A stretch of DNA of 64,000 nt from Camelus dromedarius (lineage: Eukaryota). Both the position numbers and the translations under genes were made by a program. Under the pieces are notes generated by a model. It searched no databases and was not told the DNA's origin. It saw only the letters and a list, made by a program, of their open reading frames with translations. The stretch is taken from NCBI RefSeq assembly GCF_036321535.1, contig NC_087437.1, positions 81,966,001-82,030,000 of the forward strand, written 5' to 3'. Below are positions 51,240 through 64,000 of the stretch, in pieces (the first letter of the stretch is position 1; every line of letters begins with the position of its first letter).

Positions 51240-51584
51240 TTTAATCATATTCTTTTCCACTTTAATCTTTTCAATTTACAACCTAAAAATAAATTTTGAC
51301 TATCTTCACGTGGTAGTCATCTCATTACCATTTTGTTTGACTTATGTGAAAACTCCAACTCTGGTTAAAACCTTTTTTCAGAACAGGTAACTAGAATGGT
51401 AGAAAATAACAAGTGGATATGCCACATTCTTAATCAAAAATAACATTATGATATTATTTTAGCATGACTCCCTTCCTAACAAGCATTCTGTTGACTTGTT
51501 CACCCTTTCTGGCTGTTCAGTGTCTACTGGTAAGAACTGACTACAATCCAGTGTTTCTTCCCTGGATCAAAACTACAGTTTTTA

Positions 51585-51674
51585 ACGAATATATGTATGT
51601 ATATGCAAGACTGGGACACTGTGCTATATACCAGAGATTGACACATTGTAATTGGCTGTACACCAATTTAAAAA
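51585..51674 (+). mobile_element. Very short (90 bp) camelid-type L1 3' end with TSD
   Basis: acgaatatatgtatgtatatgcaagactgggacactgtgctatataccagagattgacacattgtaattggctgtacaccaattt-A tail. TSD aaaactacagttttta (51569-84) and aaaaccacagttttta (51675-90). Confidence 0.85.
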
Positions 51675-52429
51675 AAAACCACAGTTTTTAGACACAGCAT
51701 AAATTACAATTCTTTTCACCATTTACCATCTTAGTATGGGGTAATAAGCTGGATACCCTTATGCATCAGGATAATTTCCTTAGCAATGATAGTCTATCAC
51801 CCTGTTATAGAATTACCCTGAAGGTACTTAATTTTCATTACCCTTTTATGTCCTCTCATGGAAACACATCTGAAGAAATTGCATCTTGTCACATAAGTGA
51901 TGAGTGTGAGTAGAAAGTTTATTCAACAAATATCTATCAAGAACGCACACTTTCCTAGGTGCTGGATGTGCTACAAACTGTCACAAGTGACACCATACTT
52001 TTGGTGGTCAGAAGACCATGCCCTTAAATGTGTACCCAAAAAATGCCATGCGGTACTAAGAATGTCTTGGTTACTAATACTGAGTCAACTATACTGATAA
52101 AAGTGTTTCTTAAAAATGTCTAATCTTACATTGTAAATATCCTCATTACTTAGGAGGTTGGTAAAAGCAAGCCAATCATTAAAATGTTTTGTTCCTAGAA
52201 AAAAAAATATAGTTAGCTTAACATTGATTCTTAAAAGACTTCTTACAGAATTGGCAGATAGAACATAAGAAATTATGAAAATGTTTTGTTCTGTTTATTG
52301 GTATCATTATTAGCAGCAACACATATATATTGTGTACCTAATACATTGAAAACACTATGCTGAGCTCTCCTGGGGACAAGATATTTGGTACTACTTACAA
52401 GAAACAAATACATAAATCTCAAATAAATA

Positions 52430-52435
52430 AATATA

Positions 52436-52469
<34 letters not shown>

Positions 52470-52520
52470 CACACAGACACACACACATACATACATACAC
52501 ATACAGACATATATAAATAT
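52430..52520. repeat. Compound (TA)n/(CA)n/(CATA)n microsatellite
   Basis: Seen directly. Confidence 0.9.
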
Positions 52521-53449
52521 TCTTATGCTTTTTGGAATCTGTGCTATTTACCAATAAGATAATGTAGAGGAAAATACCTTATCCATTAGGTATATCCTGT
52601 CCAGAGTTTAACAAAGAAAAAAATTACTTGGCTGAGAGTGGAGTGACACAAACTGTTTATGCAAAAAGACTCGGCTTTGCTTAACCATTTAGCTTTGGAA
52701 TACACATCGCTGATATTTAAGCAGCATAAACCATGTAGTATCATTGTAAGTGCAAATCTCAGTTCTTCATGTACAGTAAGCTTTCCCAAAGAACATCTGG
52801 CTAATAGCCAAACAAAAGTACATAATTTAAAACACTCAATCAGTTTCATTCTGAGGCATTTGTGTTTAGTGTTTAATAGCTTCTCCAGGGAGAGGAAAAT
52901 TACAAAAGCGCATTGTTTTGACATGAGCTAAAATGAGTCATCGCTCGTCACTACATTTTTGAGGATTTGGCATTAATCTTCTGAGATGATAAACCATAAA
53001 CATTTGAAATAAATATCAATTTTCCTAAACATTTTAGCAAAGTCAGTCTACTCTTCTTATTGTAGCAAAAAGCTGGTAACCCTACAGGAAGGCACTATCC
53101 TAGTCCCGCTTATAGCCATTTTGTTTTTTCCAAATGTTTCCTGAGCATTTTCAATGGCCATGTAAGGCCCTATGACTAAAGCAATGCTAAAGCTTACTTG
53201 AGCTTTTTAATACAAGTTAAAAGAATAGTATATACAATGTAATCCCTGGGTAAATTCCAAATCCATTGTCACCTAGTATTTCCATGCACTCTTCCTTGCA
53301 TACAAAGGAAGGAATTCTCAACAAGAAGCAATGCAGACTGGCTTGAGTTTCAACTTCTGGATACTGCAAGGTCCAGATCTTACTGTTCCAATACCCTGCC
53401 CCTCTCAGACACGGTCTAGGTCCTAGACAAATTTCATCTTCCTTTAGAC

Positions 53450-53614
53450 CAATGGGCTTAAAACTGTGCTAGATATTAGACTCACTAGAGGAGCTTTTAA
53501 AAATCCCAATGCCCAGGGTGCAACAATTAAGTTAGAATCTCTAAGACCTAAGCATCAACTGTGTTGAAAGCACACAGGTAATTCTAATGTGCAGCCCAAT
53601 TTGAGTATCAGTGC
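53450..53614. mobile_element. MER5A-like hAT-Charlie element
   Basis: attagactcactagaggagcttttaaaaatcccaatgcccagg...agaatctct...caggtaattctaatgtgcagcc...ttgagtatcagtg. Confidence 0.85.
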
Positions 53615-53764
53615 TTTACTTACATGGGAGAGCAGAAAGATGCAGGGTTAGGCAATGATCAGCACCTTTGGTACTAAATTTATGTTGTTCCGACGAACAT
53701 GAAACAAGGGAAAAAAGGTTGGACTAAATAACTGTTATGAAATTATAGCTTATTTATAACAGTT

Positions 53765-53972
53765 AAAAGCACACTCTGGAGCCAAACTCCCTGGATTGAA
53801 TCCTGGTTATTTATAATCTCTCACTCAGTTTCTTCATTTATTCAATGGGAATAATAGTAGTACCATCTTACAGGTTGCTATAAAGATTAAACAAATTAAT
53901 CTATGTAAATATTAAGTGTTTAGAATAGTGTTTTACACAGAGTAAGCACCAGGTATGTATTAGCTGTTATGA
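53765..53972 (+). mobile_element. MIR SINE
   Basis: actctggagccaaactccctggattgaatcctgg...ctcagtttcttcattt...aatgggaataatagtagtacc. Confidence 0.85.
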
Positions 53973-54361
53973 TTATTCTCATTATCACCATCTTTGTTGT
54001 TCATACCTCATTAACATAGATGAGAGCTGAATAATCTCTCCTAAACCTGAAACAGTTAGATGGCTTTGATTTCCAGAATTTGGCAACTATGAATTTTAAG
54101 AATGACATCACCATTTTATGTGTATAATATTTTCAATTTTTAATTAATTCTGTAAGTATTTCTGAGCATTAACCATGTGCCAAACACTGTTCGAGATGTA
54201 TTACCTTATAACTTTTCAAAAAGCTTTCATGAATATTTATATTTATTTCATCCTAAAATACTGCGAAGTTGGTTCTGACCTTAGAATTAATAGGGTTTCA
54301 ACCAGACAACCAGATCCCATACAACCAGAACACCACAGATGCCATCTTAGGAATGTATAAT

Positions 54362-54572
54362 AAGAGCTAACTGGTTGGAATACCTACCATGTATATAGGT
54401 GCTACCCTAAGCACTTAAAGGCCATAACTCATACTCATAACAACCATATGAGGAAGGTACTCTCACTATCCCCATTTTATAAATGAGGAAACAGATGCAC
54501 AGAGAGGTTACACAAGCAATAAATGGAGAACTTATGATCAAATACAGGGAGTCTGGCTCCAGAGCCTTGCTC
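54362..54572 (-). mobile_element. MIR SINE
   Basis: ctcataacaaccatatgaggaaggtact...tatccccattttataaatgaggaaacagatgcacagagaggtt...gtctggctccagagcc. Confidence 0.9.
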
Positions 54573-56646
54573 ATCATCCTTGGGCATTGAGGAAAAATGC
54601 CCTGAAGGTAGACTATGGTGGAGTCACAGTCAAAATGCAGGTGGGAGTCCAAAATGCCCATCATAATAATTTCAGAAACAGTGCATCTTACATGACATTC
54701 CTCACACTTTATCTTAGAAATATTTTGTTGGAGAACACAAAAGGGAAACTGCTAGAAAAAAAGGAACAGCAGTAATCAAAACAGCTACCACACAGATTTC
54801 AAAAAAACCGAAAACCTTTATATACAATAACTTTTCATTATTTTAATTATATAGTCAATATAATTCATGGAGAACTTCTTTGTTGAAAGAATTAGGTGGA
54901 ATATTTCCTACGTGATCTTAAAATATGTGATTTCTACTTTTAACAGCAGTGTGTTTGTAATGTTCCTTAAGGCTAAAAGGATGTATCATGGTAAGAAATC
55001 AACAGAACACCTGCAAAGTATAATAACTTGGTATTGGAAACCAATGACTTGCTTTTGAAAACTGTAACCAAATGTCCTGTTCTAAGTAAAATTGAACAGA
55101 CTTTTTATACGATACAAAATAAACATCAACAAACACCAGGAACTACTTTCTCTAAACAGATATTTTTAGATGAAAAGAAAGAAGTTCCTAGTTTGTCTCT
55201 AAATAAATGCACATGTAAAATCTCTAATATAATCAAAGCAAATCTATTGTAGCTATTTCTAAGGCCCTAAATAAAAAGGACTGATTACATTTTCTCTATG
55301 TGTATTCAGCCTTTCTCAGGTAATTTGAAATACCAACAAAAATCTGATTAGTATTAATATTAATAATCATCTAATAATAGAATAGCCTGAAAGGTACCTA
55401 AACTTCTATGAAAGCTTCAGACTCAGTGTTCATGGAATATATCTCATTTAATTGTACCTTATTCTGACATTCTTGTGTAATAAAGTTATAAAGTCACATT
55501 AAAACAAAACAAAACTACCAGGACGAAGTGAAAAAAGCATGTATGTGTTTATGTGTGAGTGTATGCATGTCAAAAGTCGACCTGTTAGAAAACTGTCACT
55601 ATGGAGGAAAAATTTTGTTTAGCTGATCATCCTATGCCTCTATTTTTAAAGGAAAAGATTTTGAAAAGGATGGGACTGGATGTACAGAATCAGAGCAAAC
55701 ATAACCCCCGGGCATTGTATAATCCTATGTAAAAACAGTTTATTTGAAATATCTGTCATTCCATATACTCACGACATAACCTCTAAAAATAATGCTAACT
55801 ACAACATAGAAACATATCTTCTTTCTCTAATGACCTTTTAAAAATGTCAAAATATGCAACAAAAATAATAATGTATCACATTTAAACTCTCAGATAAGCA
55901 ATATTTAAATGATGGATTCTTTTGAATGTTTCCTTCCTTTCTGAGAGTCTGATAAGTTAGATTAAGCCTATTTAGAAATATATTTTGATGGCTAATTCAA
56001 GGAATAAAAAACTAGTGTTAGAATAATAAATATAATATTAGTATGAGGAATCCAAATTGGAGGTAGGATACCTTATTAATACTGTCAGTCCCCAATTATT
56101 CACAGTGATTAAACTCAAGGAAAACTTCATTTTGTCATGAGCACTAGATACTTCCATGGTGGTTTGTTTGCCAGGTACACTTAAGCAGAAAGCTCTGACA
56201 CACTATACAGGTTATCTCTTAGAGAATCCCCTATAATGTCCATCACTCATCCTGGACATCCCTCTTTCTGGGCAAGGTAAAATAAGAGAAAGTGGTATGA
56301 GAGAAAAATTAAAAACTAAATATAACCAGTTCAGAACCTCATTGCCTTCCATTAGTCTCAGAAACAAAACTTTTTGTTTTGTACTTTCACTATTCCAGAT
56401 TTCTCCTCAAATACACCTCACCTCAGTACTCCACCAAAAGACACCCATTCTCTTGGCAATAATGGATTAATAAATCTTCAGAGAATATACACAATACAAG
56501 ATCTAAAAAAAGAACTAGTACAGAAAATTAAAACTTTGATGTCAGGCAAATAAATACAAATTAGTTAAGATATATAGAAAGGCAAACTTTCAGTTACCCA
56601 CTTTTTTGCTTTGTTTTGAATTGTATATATTTCCAAAGACATAGAA

Positions 56647-56945
56647 CAATGGTCAGAAAACTTTTTCTTTTTGTAAAGGACCAGGTAGTAAACATTTTAG
56701 GCTTTGTAGGCCAGAGGATCTTGTTGCCACTACTCAATTTTCCTGTTATGGCAGGAAAACAGCCAGTAATATATAAATAAATGGATGTGGCTATGTTCCA
56801 ATAAACTTTATGGACATTAAAATTTGAATTTCATAATGTTCACGTATCATGGAATATTATTCTTATTTTGGTATTTTCCAATTATTTAAAAATACAAAAC
56901 CATTCTTAGCTTGTGGGTGGTACAAAAATTGGTAGCAGGCAGGCT
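56647..56945 (+). mobile_element. MER58B-like hAT-Charlie element
   Basis: tgtaaaggaccaggtagtaaacattttaggctttgtaggcca...ggctatgttccaataaactttatggacattaaaatttgaatttcata...aaccattcttagcttgtggg. Confidence 0.88.
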
Positions 56946-57701
56946 ATAAAACAGTCATGTCTTCTTTCTACCATGTCCTGCTTTATTATACATGTAAATA
57001 TATACAGAAACTTCTGACTACAAGCATAACATTCTGTTTATATTACCTACTTAGGTATCTATTTTTAAAGCATGAGACCAGACATAAAAAAAATCATACC
57101 ACTGATGCCAATCATAATAAAGCAGGATATTGGAAGAGAAGGTACAGAATAATCAGGTTCTACAGTATTGAGACACGTTTAAATCATATTTACAGTGTTA
57201 TATATATACTATTAAGTTCTTTGTTCACGCTAGTATTATTCATTGTCAAGGCACAAATCAATAATAACACCAAGGATTTCTTCCCCACAACCTGAACAAC
57301 TAAAGTCTTCTTAGCTAATTAAATCTTAGAAACATAAAGGCTGATAATATTCTTTGCCATGATCATTTCTGAACAATCAAAACAAAACAAAATTGTTCTG
57401 AGAAACAAATTATGTTTCTCTCAAGTACTTTACTATAACAAGACGGTAATCAAATTTTAGAGACTTAAAACACATTTCCTGTTTGTTAGCCATGTATGAC
57501 ATACATCTGGAAATGGGTTTTAGCACCCTTAGCATACACTGATTTTTTTAAAGTTAAGAAAATTTATTTTTTCAAAGTAAATCATTGTGCTTTCAGCTTA
57601 TTAGAAGGTAAATATTAATTAATGCATAGTTTGTGAAACAAAAACAAACGCTTGCCCTTTAAAGTAACTTGTGAAATCTTAAACTATTGAGCAAAGGTTT
57701 A

Positions 57702-57715
57702 GTTGCTATGGCAAC
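57702..57715. promoter_or_regulatory. Candidate RFX X-box GTTGCTATGGCAAC
   Basis: 13/14 match to the palindrome GTTGCCATGGCAAC, in DNA with no recognisable repeat. Motif match only. Confidence 0.5.
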
Positions 57716-59669
57716 AAATAAATCCTAAACATTGTCACTGTAGAATTATCATTTAAAAGAAGAGCAGTAATTCTGAAGACAGTAATTCGGGGCCCATTCT
57801 TCTATTCTCAGTCCTTGGAAGTGACTATTCCTAAATGCTTCCCCACTTTTCATTTTTGCTACTTTAATAAAGGTCCTATTTCCTGACTAGGTTTTGTCTT
57901 TCCCCTTTGGGAACCTTTCTCTCAAGACCTCTATATGGATTAAGAACGGCTTAAGGTGATGGCCATTCATGAAAAAACAAAACAAAACAAAAACAAATAC
58001 ACAGAAATAATTTACTAATGGAGCATGTAGACTTCTTAAAGTAAAACAGCCCCTCTATGGAAAAGCACATCAATTATGCAGCTAACATTAAGGCAACAAA
58101 ATTTCCCTTGCCTTCCTAATGCCATATGCCCGTCATTTTCTCCCTATAGTTTCCATTCACTGTTTCAAACATATGTTGCCACTTATTTGCCAGGAAAGGA
58201 ATCTCTGAACTACCCCCTTTATGTAAGATGAAATGGCAGACGGAACGGAGCCAGAGACAGCACCATTAATAGTTATTCACACTTCTGTTTTCTCTTAACC
58301 TCCCTTTCTCTAAAGTTTATTCCTCATACGCTAGGAGGGATGTGTAATCATAAAGACATCCATGACTCATACTTTAGAATATGGAAGCACAGCAATTCCC
58401 TGTAGAAGCAAATGGTTCTCTCTTCCACTGAGCTGCATGCCTCCTTTACAGAAAGCCTATCTTTACAGCTTAGGGCCCGATCAAACATAGGTGAGGGGCT
58501 CCTTTGTCAAACCCTCATCAACTATCAACATTCTTTTCTTTTGTAGTAATCACTGTTAGAGTTTACCCAACATTTAACCACAGTCTTTTAATAAGGCACC
58601 TGTTCCATGGGTTCAGGTTGCTAGGCAATTGATTGTCCTGAGTCAAGAGGAGGAAACACCATGGAGATTAGTTAAGAGGAAGGAGTTTTCCACTAAAGAT
58701 GACAGGTAATTTATGGAGAGAAAGTGGAGAAGTCTGCTGTCATAAGTACAGTAACAAGAAATGAATTCTATTTCAGTCTGTATTGATTATCCTGTTATGG
58801 CTTAGTGAAACCAATCTATATGTCAAGAAACATTGCCATGGATTAATAGTTACGTTACTGTTGAACTAAGTTCCTTAAACTATATCTGGTAGACATCTGG
58901 CCAGGAACTTGGCCTCTTCTGGAAAAGGAGGCAAAAAACGTAAGCTCTTGTCCATGAGCAGAAAGGAAATACAGTACCTTGAAGAACCCACAAATATGAC
59001 CATTCATATGTTATGGGATATGGTAAAAACAAAACAAACAAACAAACAAAAACAACCAGTCCTGCTGAGTGACAGCCCACTAAATCTATGAAGCCAACTG
59101 TAAAGCTAGTTGAATTATGATTCATCCTTTAAAGGGAGATGTTTTCAGCTTTTCCAGTCATGAACATGGGTGACTGCAAGTTGCTTAAAAGAACATGCTG
59201 TCACGCTTGAACCTGGGAGAGCTAAGATTAAAATATATTGTGCTTAACTCTCCTGGTCACATAAAATACATACATGCATTCTCTGGGTTATACACCTGAC
59301 TTGTGAATGTTCCCTCTCTATAAAGCCAACCTACATTCTGCTCAAGAAGATGACACCTGGAGAGCAAGAGTATTTCCAGAGCTACTTGATTTTCCTCAGG
59401 CTAGTTGGCCAGAGGCTGCCATGGATATGGCAGGGAGGTATTCACCCGGAATCCAAAGTGGGAACCTGGAACACATTTACTAATAAATATCATGTTTTAT
59501 GTAAAACATAGGCTCCCGGCTAGTCCACAGAAAGCTAGCTGACCTGAAATATAGTTTAAATTCCATACATTTGCAAGAATATTGTTCTCTACTACATGCT
59601 GTAATAATCACATTACATATAAATCTTGTGAGCTATGGTATTATTGTGCTACAACATCACCATACTGTC

Positions 59670-59721
59670 GCAGTTACCTAAATACAGGTTTTTAGCAGTT
59701 ACCTAAATACAGGTTTTTAGC
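59670..59721. repeat. Perfect 25-bp tandem duplication (gcagttacctaaatacaggttttta)x2
   Basis: Identical copies at 59670-94 and 59695-719, followed by gc. Confidence 0.95.
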
Positions 59722-60199
59722 TTTATTATGGGTTTAGTATGTCTGTCTCATTGTGCTACTCTGGCAATCAGTTCTCTCCTTAATAACAGTGTTGCTATGG
59801 GGAAATATTTTACAAATGAACCTTTCAAACAATCCTTTTACAAGATGGGGAAATTCCTACATTTTGAACATTAAAGTATTCACTTTCCTCCTTGCTATGA
59901 GAATCCAAATTGCCCTAAAATCTATATTAATTCAGCATTATTCCATTATTCTTCCATGAGCAAAAGAAACCTTAAGCAACACAGTCTTTAAGTGCATAAA
60001 AAAACATAGAAATAAGAAACAGTTCTTCATGGGAAGAGAACAGCACCAGCACACAAGAGGAATGTGGATAGTAAATCTGCCCCTGAGCCCCATTTGGGGC
60101 CAGACCTGGTACCAGACCAGCTCCTCCTTAGTGACTGTACCTCTTAGGTGCCCACAGCAAAGGAGCAAATGAGGTGGAATTTTACCAGCACTCCTAAGT

Positions 60200-60565
60200 G
60201 CCACCTTCTCTTAAACCTTTCCAGATGCATAACTTCTTCCTCTGCATGGAAAGGGCACTTTATTTATACATCTTGTGTAACTCACTTAGCTTTTAACTAT
60301 TCTATCTCCTCCTCCATATTAATACTTTTCCAATCAACTCCTAGCTGTAATTCCCTGAAGCAAGAATAAAATATATTGTGCTTATATAGCAAGGGATTTG
60401 TCTTATTTTCCACCATATAGCACAAAACTTTGGATGTAATAGCACAGAGGAAAGGAACTACAGTTTTTTGGAGCCTATTATATGCTGGTTCTATGTTAAA
60501 TGGCTTTCTTCCCCTCAGATTTGTCTCACTTAACATAGAAAGTACTTAATAAATGAACATTGACT
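60200..60565 (+). mobile_element. L2 3' fragments
   Basis: gccaccttctcttaaaccttt...agctgtaattccctgaagcaag...catagaaagtacttaataaatgaacattgactg. Confidence 0.55.
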
Positions 60566-61649
60566 GTCTAGTCACCCAACTTGAATACAAAGAAAACTAC
60601 AAGGAAACTGATAGAAACATTTGTGGATTCAGCAAAGAGGAAATCAGATTTTTTACCTTCAAAATGACTTTGGGGTGGGTGGTAAAATCTAACTAGATTT
60701 TCAAAAATCTATGTATTCTATAAGGGATATTGGTAAACAAAAATAATTCTCAATTAGCATGGAGCTCGATTTCTATTTTAATAGAAGTATAAAGCTATCT
60801 ATAGAGCATAAAGAGTTGTAGAGATTCTACAAAATGGACAATATTTTGGGGCGTACCATTCAAAAATACCTAGATTCTAAAAATATTGTTACTGGAGATG
60901 AAGATACCTGACAGCAGAAGGATGTGTCCTGAGAGTCCCCAGATTTCCTCATAGGAACACCTTGAGAGAACAGACACAGAGCATGCTGCATTCATCTAAA
61001 CAAGGCATTGCCATTACTAGTCCACAGTCACCACTGCACATCCCACCCACTTGGCTTCTTTGGGAACAGCTTCTAGGCTTTGTTGTGTGAAGGCTGACCA
61101 AGGTCACAAAACACAAAGACCTGATTTGGGATTAGGGCTGCTAACCTATTCACCCAATTGTTAAGGACTTCAAGTCATCGCTCTAGAAAAGCATCCTCAG
61201 GATCTCATTCCCCCAATTAACTCCTAGTTGAGGATAAAGCAAGTGCAATACAGTGATAAGGAAAACACCCATGTGTGTGGGCACACACACACACACAAGC
61301 AGCTACTGTAACAAACACACACATGCATGCACTCACATTTATTAACCATTGAAGAAAAATAATGAATATGCAAACAGAAATAATGGTTTCTATGACATTT
61401 TAAACAAATTATGTTACCAAACTATATCCAAAAAGCAATGATCTGGCAATAAAATATGGTAACACCCCAATAAATAGCCTTAGGCAGGTGACTTGTTTTT
61501 CCCAATAAGAAAGTTTAGGCTTTAGCAAAATCAGAAAACACTGCCAGCAGAACCTCAATAACATTTCCTTCATAGAATTTCTTCAATTTTGTTACTATTT
61601 TGTTTCTATTCTATTTTTAAGGATAAATGAATGATAGTGAATTAAGAGT

Positions 61650-64000
61650 AAGGGAAACTCTGAGAAGATAGGAAATAAGTAAGCTTACTACACGAACTTT
61701 TTCTAAATCAGAAGTATAGCATGGTACACAAAGAACCCAAGCTGGTTTTTGCTTTGAGAGCATTTTCTGAACTCTGTGAACTTAAATTTTAGTTTTCATG
61801 GCAACACAGGGCAGAGAACAGAGCACAAAACCCAGGGTCCTCCCAGTCCCACATAAAGCTGGGACTGCCAAGAGCTAAACCATCAATGTAATGGTGACTC
61901 AGAAACAAAACCAACCTCCAGGAACTGTAAGGAAAACTGCTTTCTTTGAACTATGGCTTTGGAAGTAAAGAGAGAGATAAACTCCACTGAGAATTTTTAA
62001 TAACAAGCTACCTAACATGAGAATCTGCAGCCCAAATTTATACTACCTGAGTGATCCAAAAGCAAAACAAAAAAACCCAAAAAACCCTGGGCCTAAAGAC
62101 TCTAGGCTGAAAATACCGCTGGTGCAATTGGCAAAAACAAATGCAAATTCTCTCTCAAGAAAGCCACCTTCAACCCAGCATTCAAAGAACTCTCACATAT
62201 AAAGTTCTAAGATGTATGAGTTCATATTTAAAAAATCCAAAAACAAACTAGAAAATAAAGCACAATGATTGAAAGCCAGAGAAATCAGAAATAGAACTGC
62301 TGATATTTAAAGACCTCAGATAAATCACCAGACAGCACGTAAAACATATTTAGTAAGTTAAAGATAAAAAAGGAGAATGAAATTTCTAGTTAAAAGAGTA
62401 ACAGACTATAAAATGTCAAACAAATTAGGGGAAAACATTTTTGGAAATGAAAACTGTAACTATAGACCAGCAATGAGAATTAGTGAACAGGAAGAAAACT
62501 CTGAAGAAATAATAAAATGTAGCCTGAAGAGCTAAAGTTATGGAACAAGTGAAAGAGAAGTTAAGGGATATGAAGAACAGACTAAGAAGGTCTAACAAAT
62601 GTCTAAGTTTTAAAAGGTAAGGAGAGAAAAAGTTATTCAGAAGCCATATTTGACAAGTTAACAGCAGCTGAAAATTTTCTAGAACTGAGGAAAGACACTG
62701 ATTCACATATAAAGGAATCTCAGTGAAACCCATAAAAGATAAAATAAAGAAGCCTATACTTACTATATCATAATGAAATGACAGAATAGCAAAGACAAAG
62801 GGAAAATCATAAAAGTAGCCAGAGAGAAAAGGCATGACAATTAGACTGCTGACTGACTTTTCAACAGTAACATGGGAAGCCAGAAGTCAGTGGGATAATA
62901 ACTTTAATGTGCTGACAGAAATGGTGCCAACTTATAGGTCTATAAGCAGTAAAAATCTTCCTAAGAACAAAGGTTAAAAAAAAAGACAAATTCAGATAAA
63001 TAAAAAGAGAGAATGTGCTGTGCAAAAAGCAAATTTCAACTAAAGGAACTTCAAAAGTATGTATTTAGACTGAAGGAAAGTGATCCCAGATGGAAGTCTG
63101 GAAAAAAGAACAAATAATGAGCAAAGAAAGTGGTAAGCGCATTGGTACATCTAAACCAACATTGATTAAAAGAACAACAATAGGTGATGATAATATTTTG
63201 TGGTATTTAAAAAAGAACTAAAATATATTTCAACAATAACATATAAATTGGGAGGGTATGCTCAGAGTTAAAGTGTTCTGAGGTCCTTAAAGTTTTTGGA
63301 GGATTAAAATACTGATTAGCTTTAGACTCTGATCATTTAACTTGTAAGAATTTAGAGGCTAATTAATTCCTAATAGGATAGGCATAGTGTCTAACTTCCC
63401 AAGTAGAGAGGGAGAAAATGAATAAAAATAAAATCCAAACAGCAGCAAAAAAGTGGTAAAAAACAGAACCATCAAATAAGATGACAAAATAAAATCCAAA
63501 TACATCAGTAATCACTGTAATACAGACTAAACGTTCATGTTAAAAGACAAAGATTGTCAGACTAGATTAAAACAATTCTAAGAAGAATAATTCCCAACTA
63601 CATGCTGTTTGTGACTCACTGAAACATTAAGAATATAACAAAACTGAAAGTAAAAGGTTGGACATTATCAGGCAACCACTAACCAAGAGAAACTACTGTT
63701 AGTATGAGACAAAAGAGACTTTAAGGTAGAAAGCATCTATAAAGAGTCATTATATAATGTGAAGAGACTCCATTTCCTAGGAATAGTTATATGCACATAA
63801 AAATTTGGTCTCAAATAAGTAAAGCAAAAATTGACAGAAACACAAGGACAGACTAATCCACCATCACAGTGAAAGACTCCAACATACCTCTCTTAGTCAT
63901 TAATAAATCAAGCAGACAAAAATCAACAAGGTTATGGAATATTTTTAACAGCACAATAAGCAAGCTTTATTTGTATAGAAAATGCTATTCTTAACTCCTA
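61650..64000 (+). mobile_element. Ancient L1 (L1M5/L1ME-like): 5' region, ORF1 remnant and start of ORF2 endonuclease; continues past the window end
   Basis: ORF1-like cagctgaaaattttctagaactg...aaaagtagccagagagaaaa...caattagactgctgactgacttttcaacagtaac. ORF2-like ttaaaagacaaagattgtcagactagattaaaa...caactacatgctgttt...agactccaacatacctctct. Confidence 0.8.

Larger units (their letters stand above)
1..64000 (-). other. CMSS1: Probably inside the long first intron of CMSS1 (antisense host of FILIP1L)
   Basis: Inferred only from the known human arrangement. No CMSS1 coding exon is visible in the window. Confidence 0.6.

Noticed and set aside
62425..62835. 136-aa hydrophobic minus-strand ORF
   Set aside because: Antisense reading of A-rich ancient L1 ORF1, which yields Phe/Leu-rich pseudo-ORFs.
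1..64000. CRISPR arrays, operons, prokaryotic or viral systems, or another novel multi-gene system
   Set aside because: The sequence is mammalian intronic DNA, with no regularly spaced repeat-spacer array and no long ORFs beyond the FILIP1L exons and TE fossils.

Overview
Mammalian, AT-rich, CpG-poor genomic DNA, most likely from a camelid: it has a tRNA-Ala-derived vic-1-like SINE and cetartiodactyl/camelid-type L1 3' ends, and I saw no Alu, BovB/Bov-tA, PRE-1 or Can-SINE. The window holds the first three coding exons of FILIP1L on the + strand (CDS 17589-17831, 18575-18748, 26090-26268; all GT-AG). They encode the N-terminus and most of the CortBP2-type coiled-coil domain. The non-coding first exon and the large downstream coding exon lie outside the window. 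By human synteny, FILIP1L is nested antisense in CMSS1 intron 1. The rest is intron filled with MIR, L2, old L1M, hAT/Tigger DNA fossils, two LTRs, a few younger TSD-flanked insertions and microsatellites. I found no convincing novel biological system. The best leads are regulatory or splicing hypotheses: a perfect DR4/NBRE motif cluster, a near-consensus RFX X-box, candidate uORF and poison cassette exons, an apparent 3-codon deletion in exon 2, an in-place inversion in an L1, and a diverged ~85-bp local duplication. Repeat subfamily names and boundaries were recognised by eye and are approximate.
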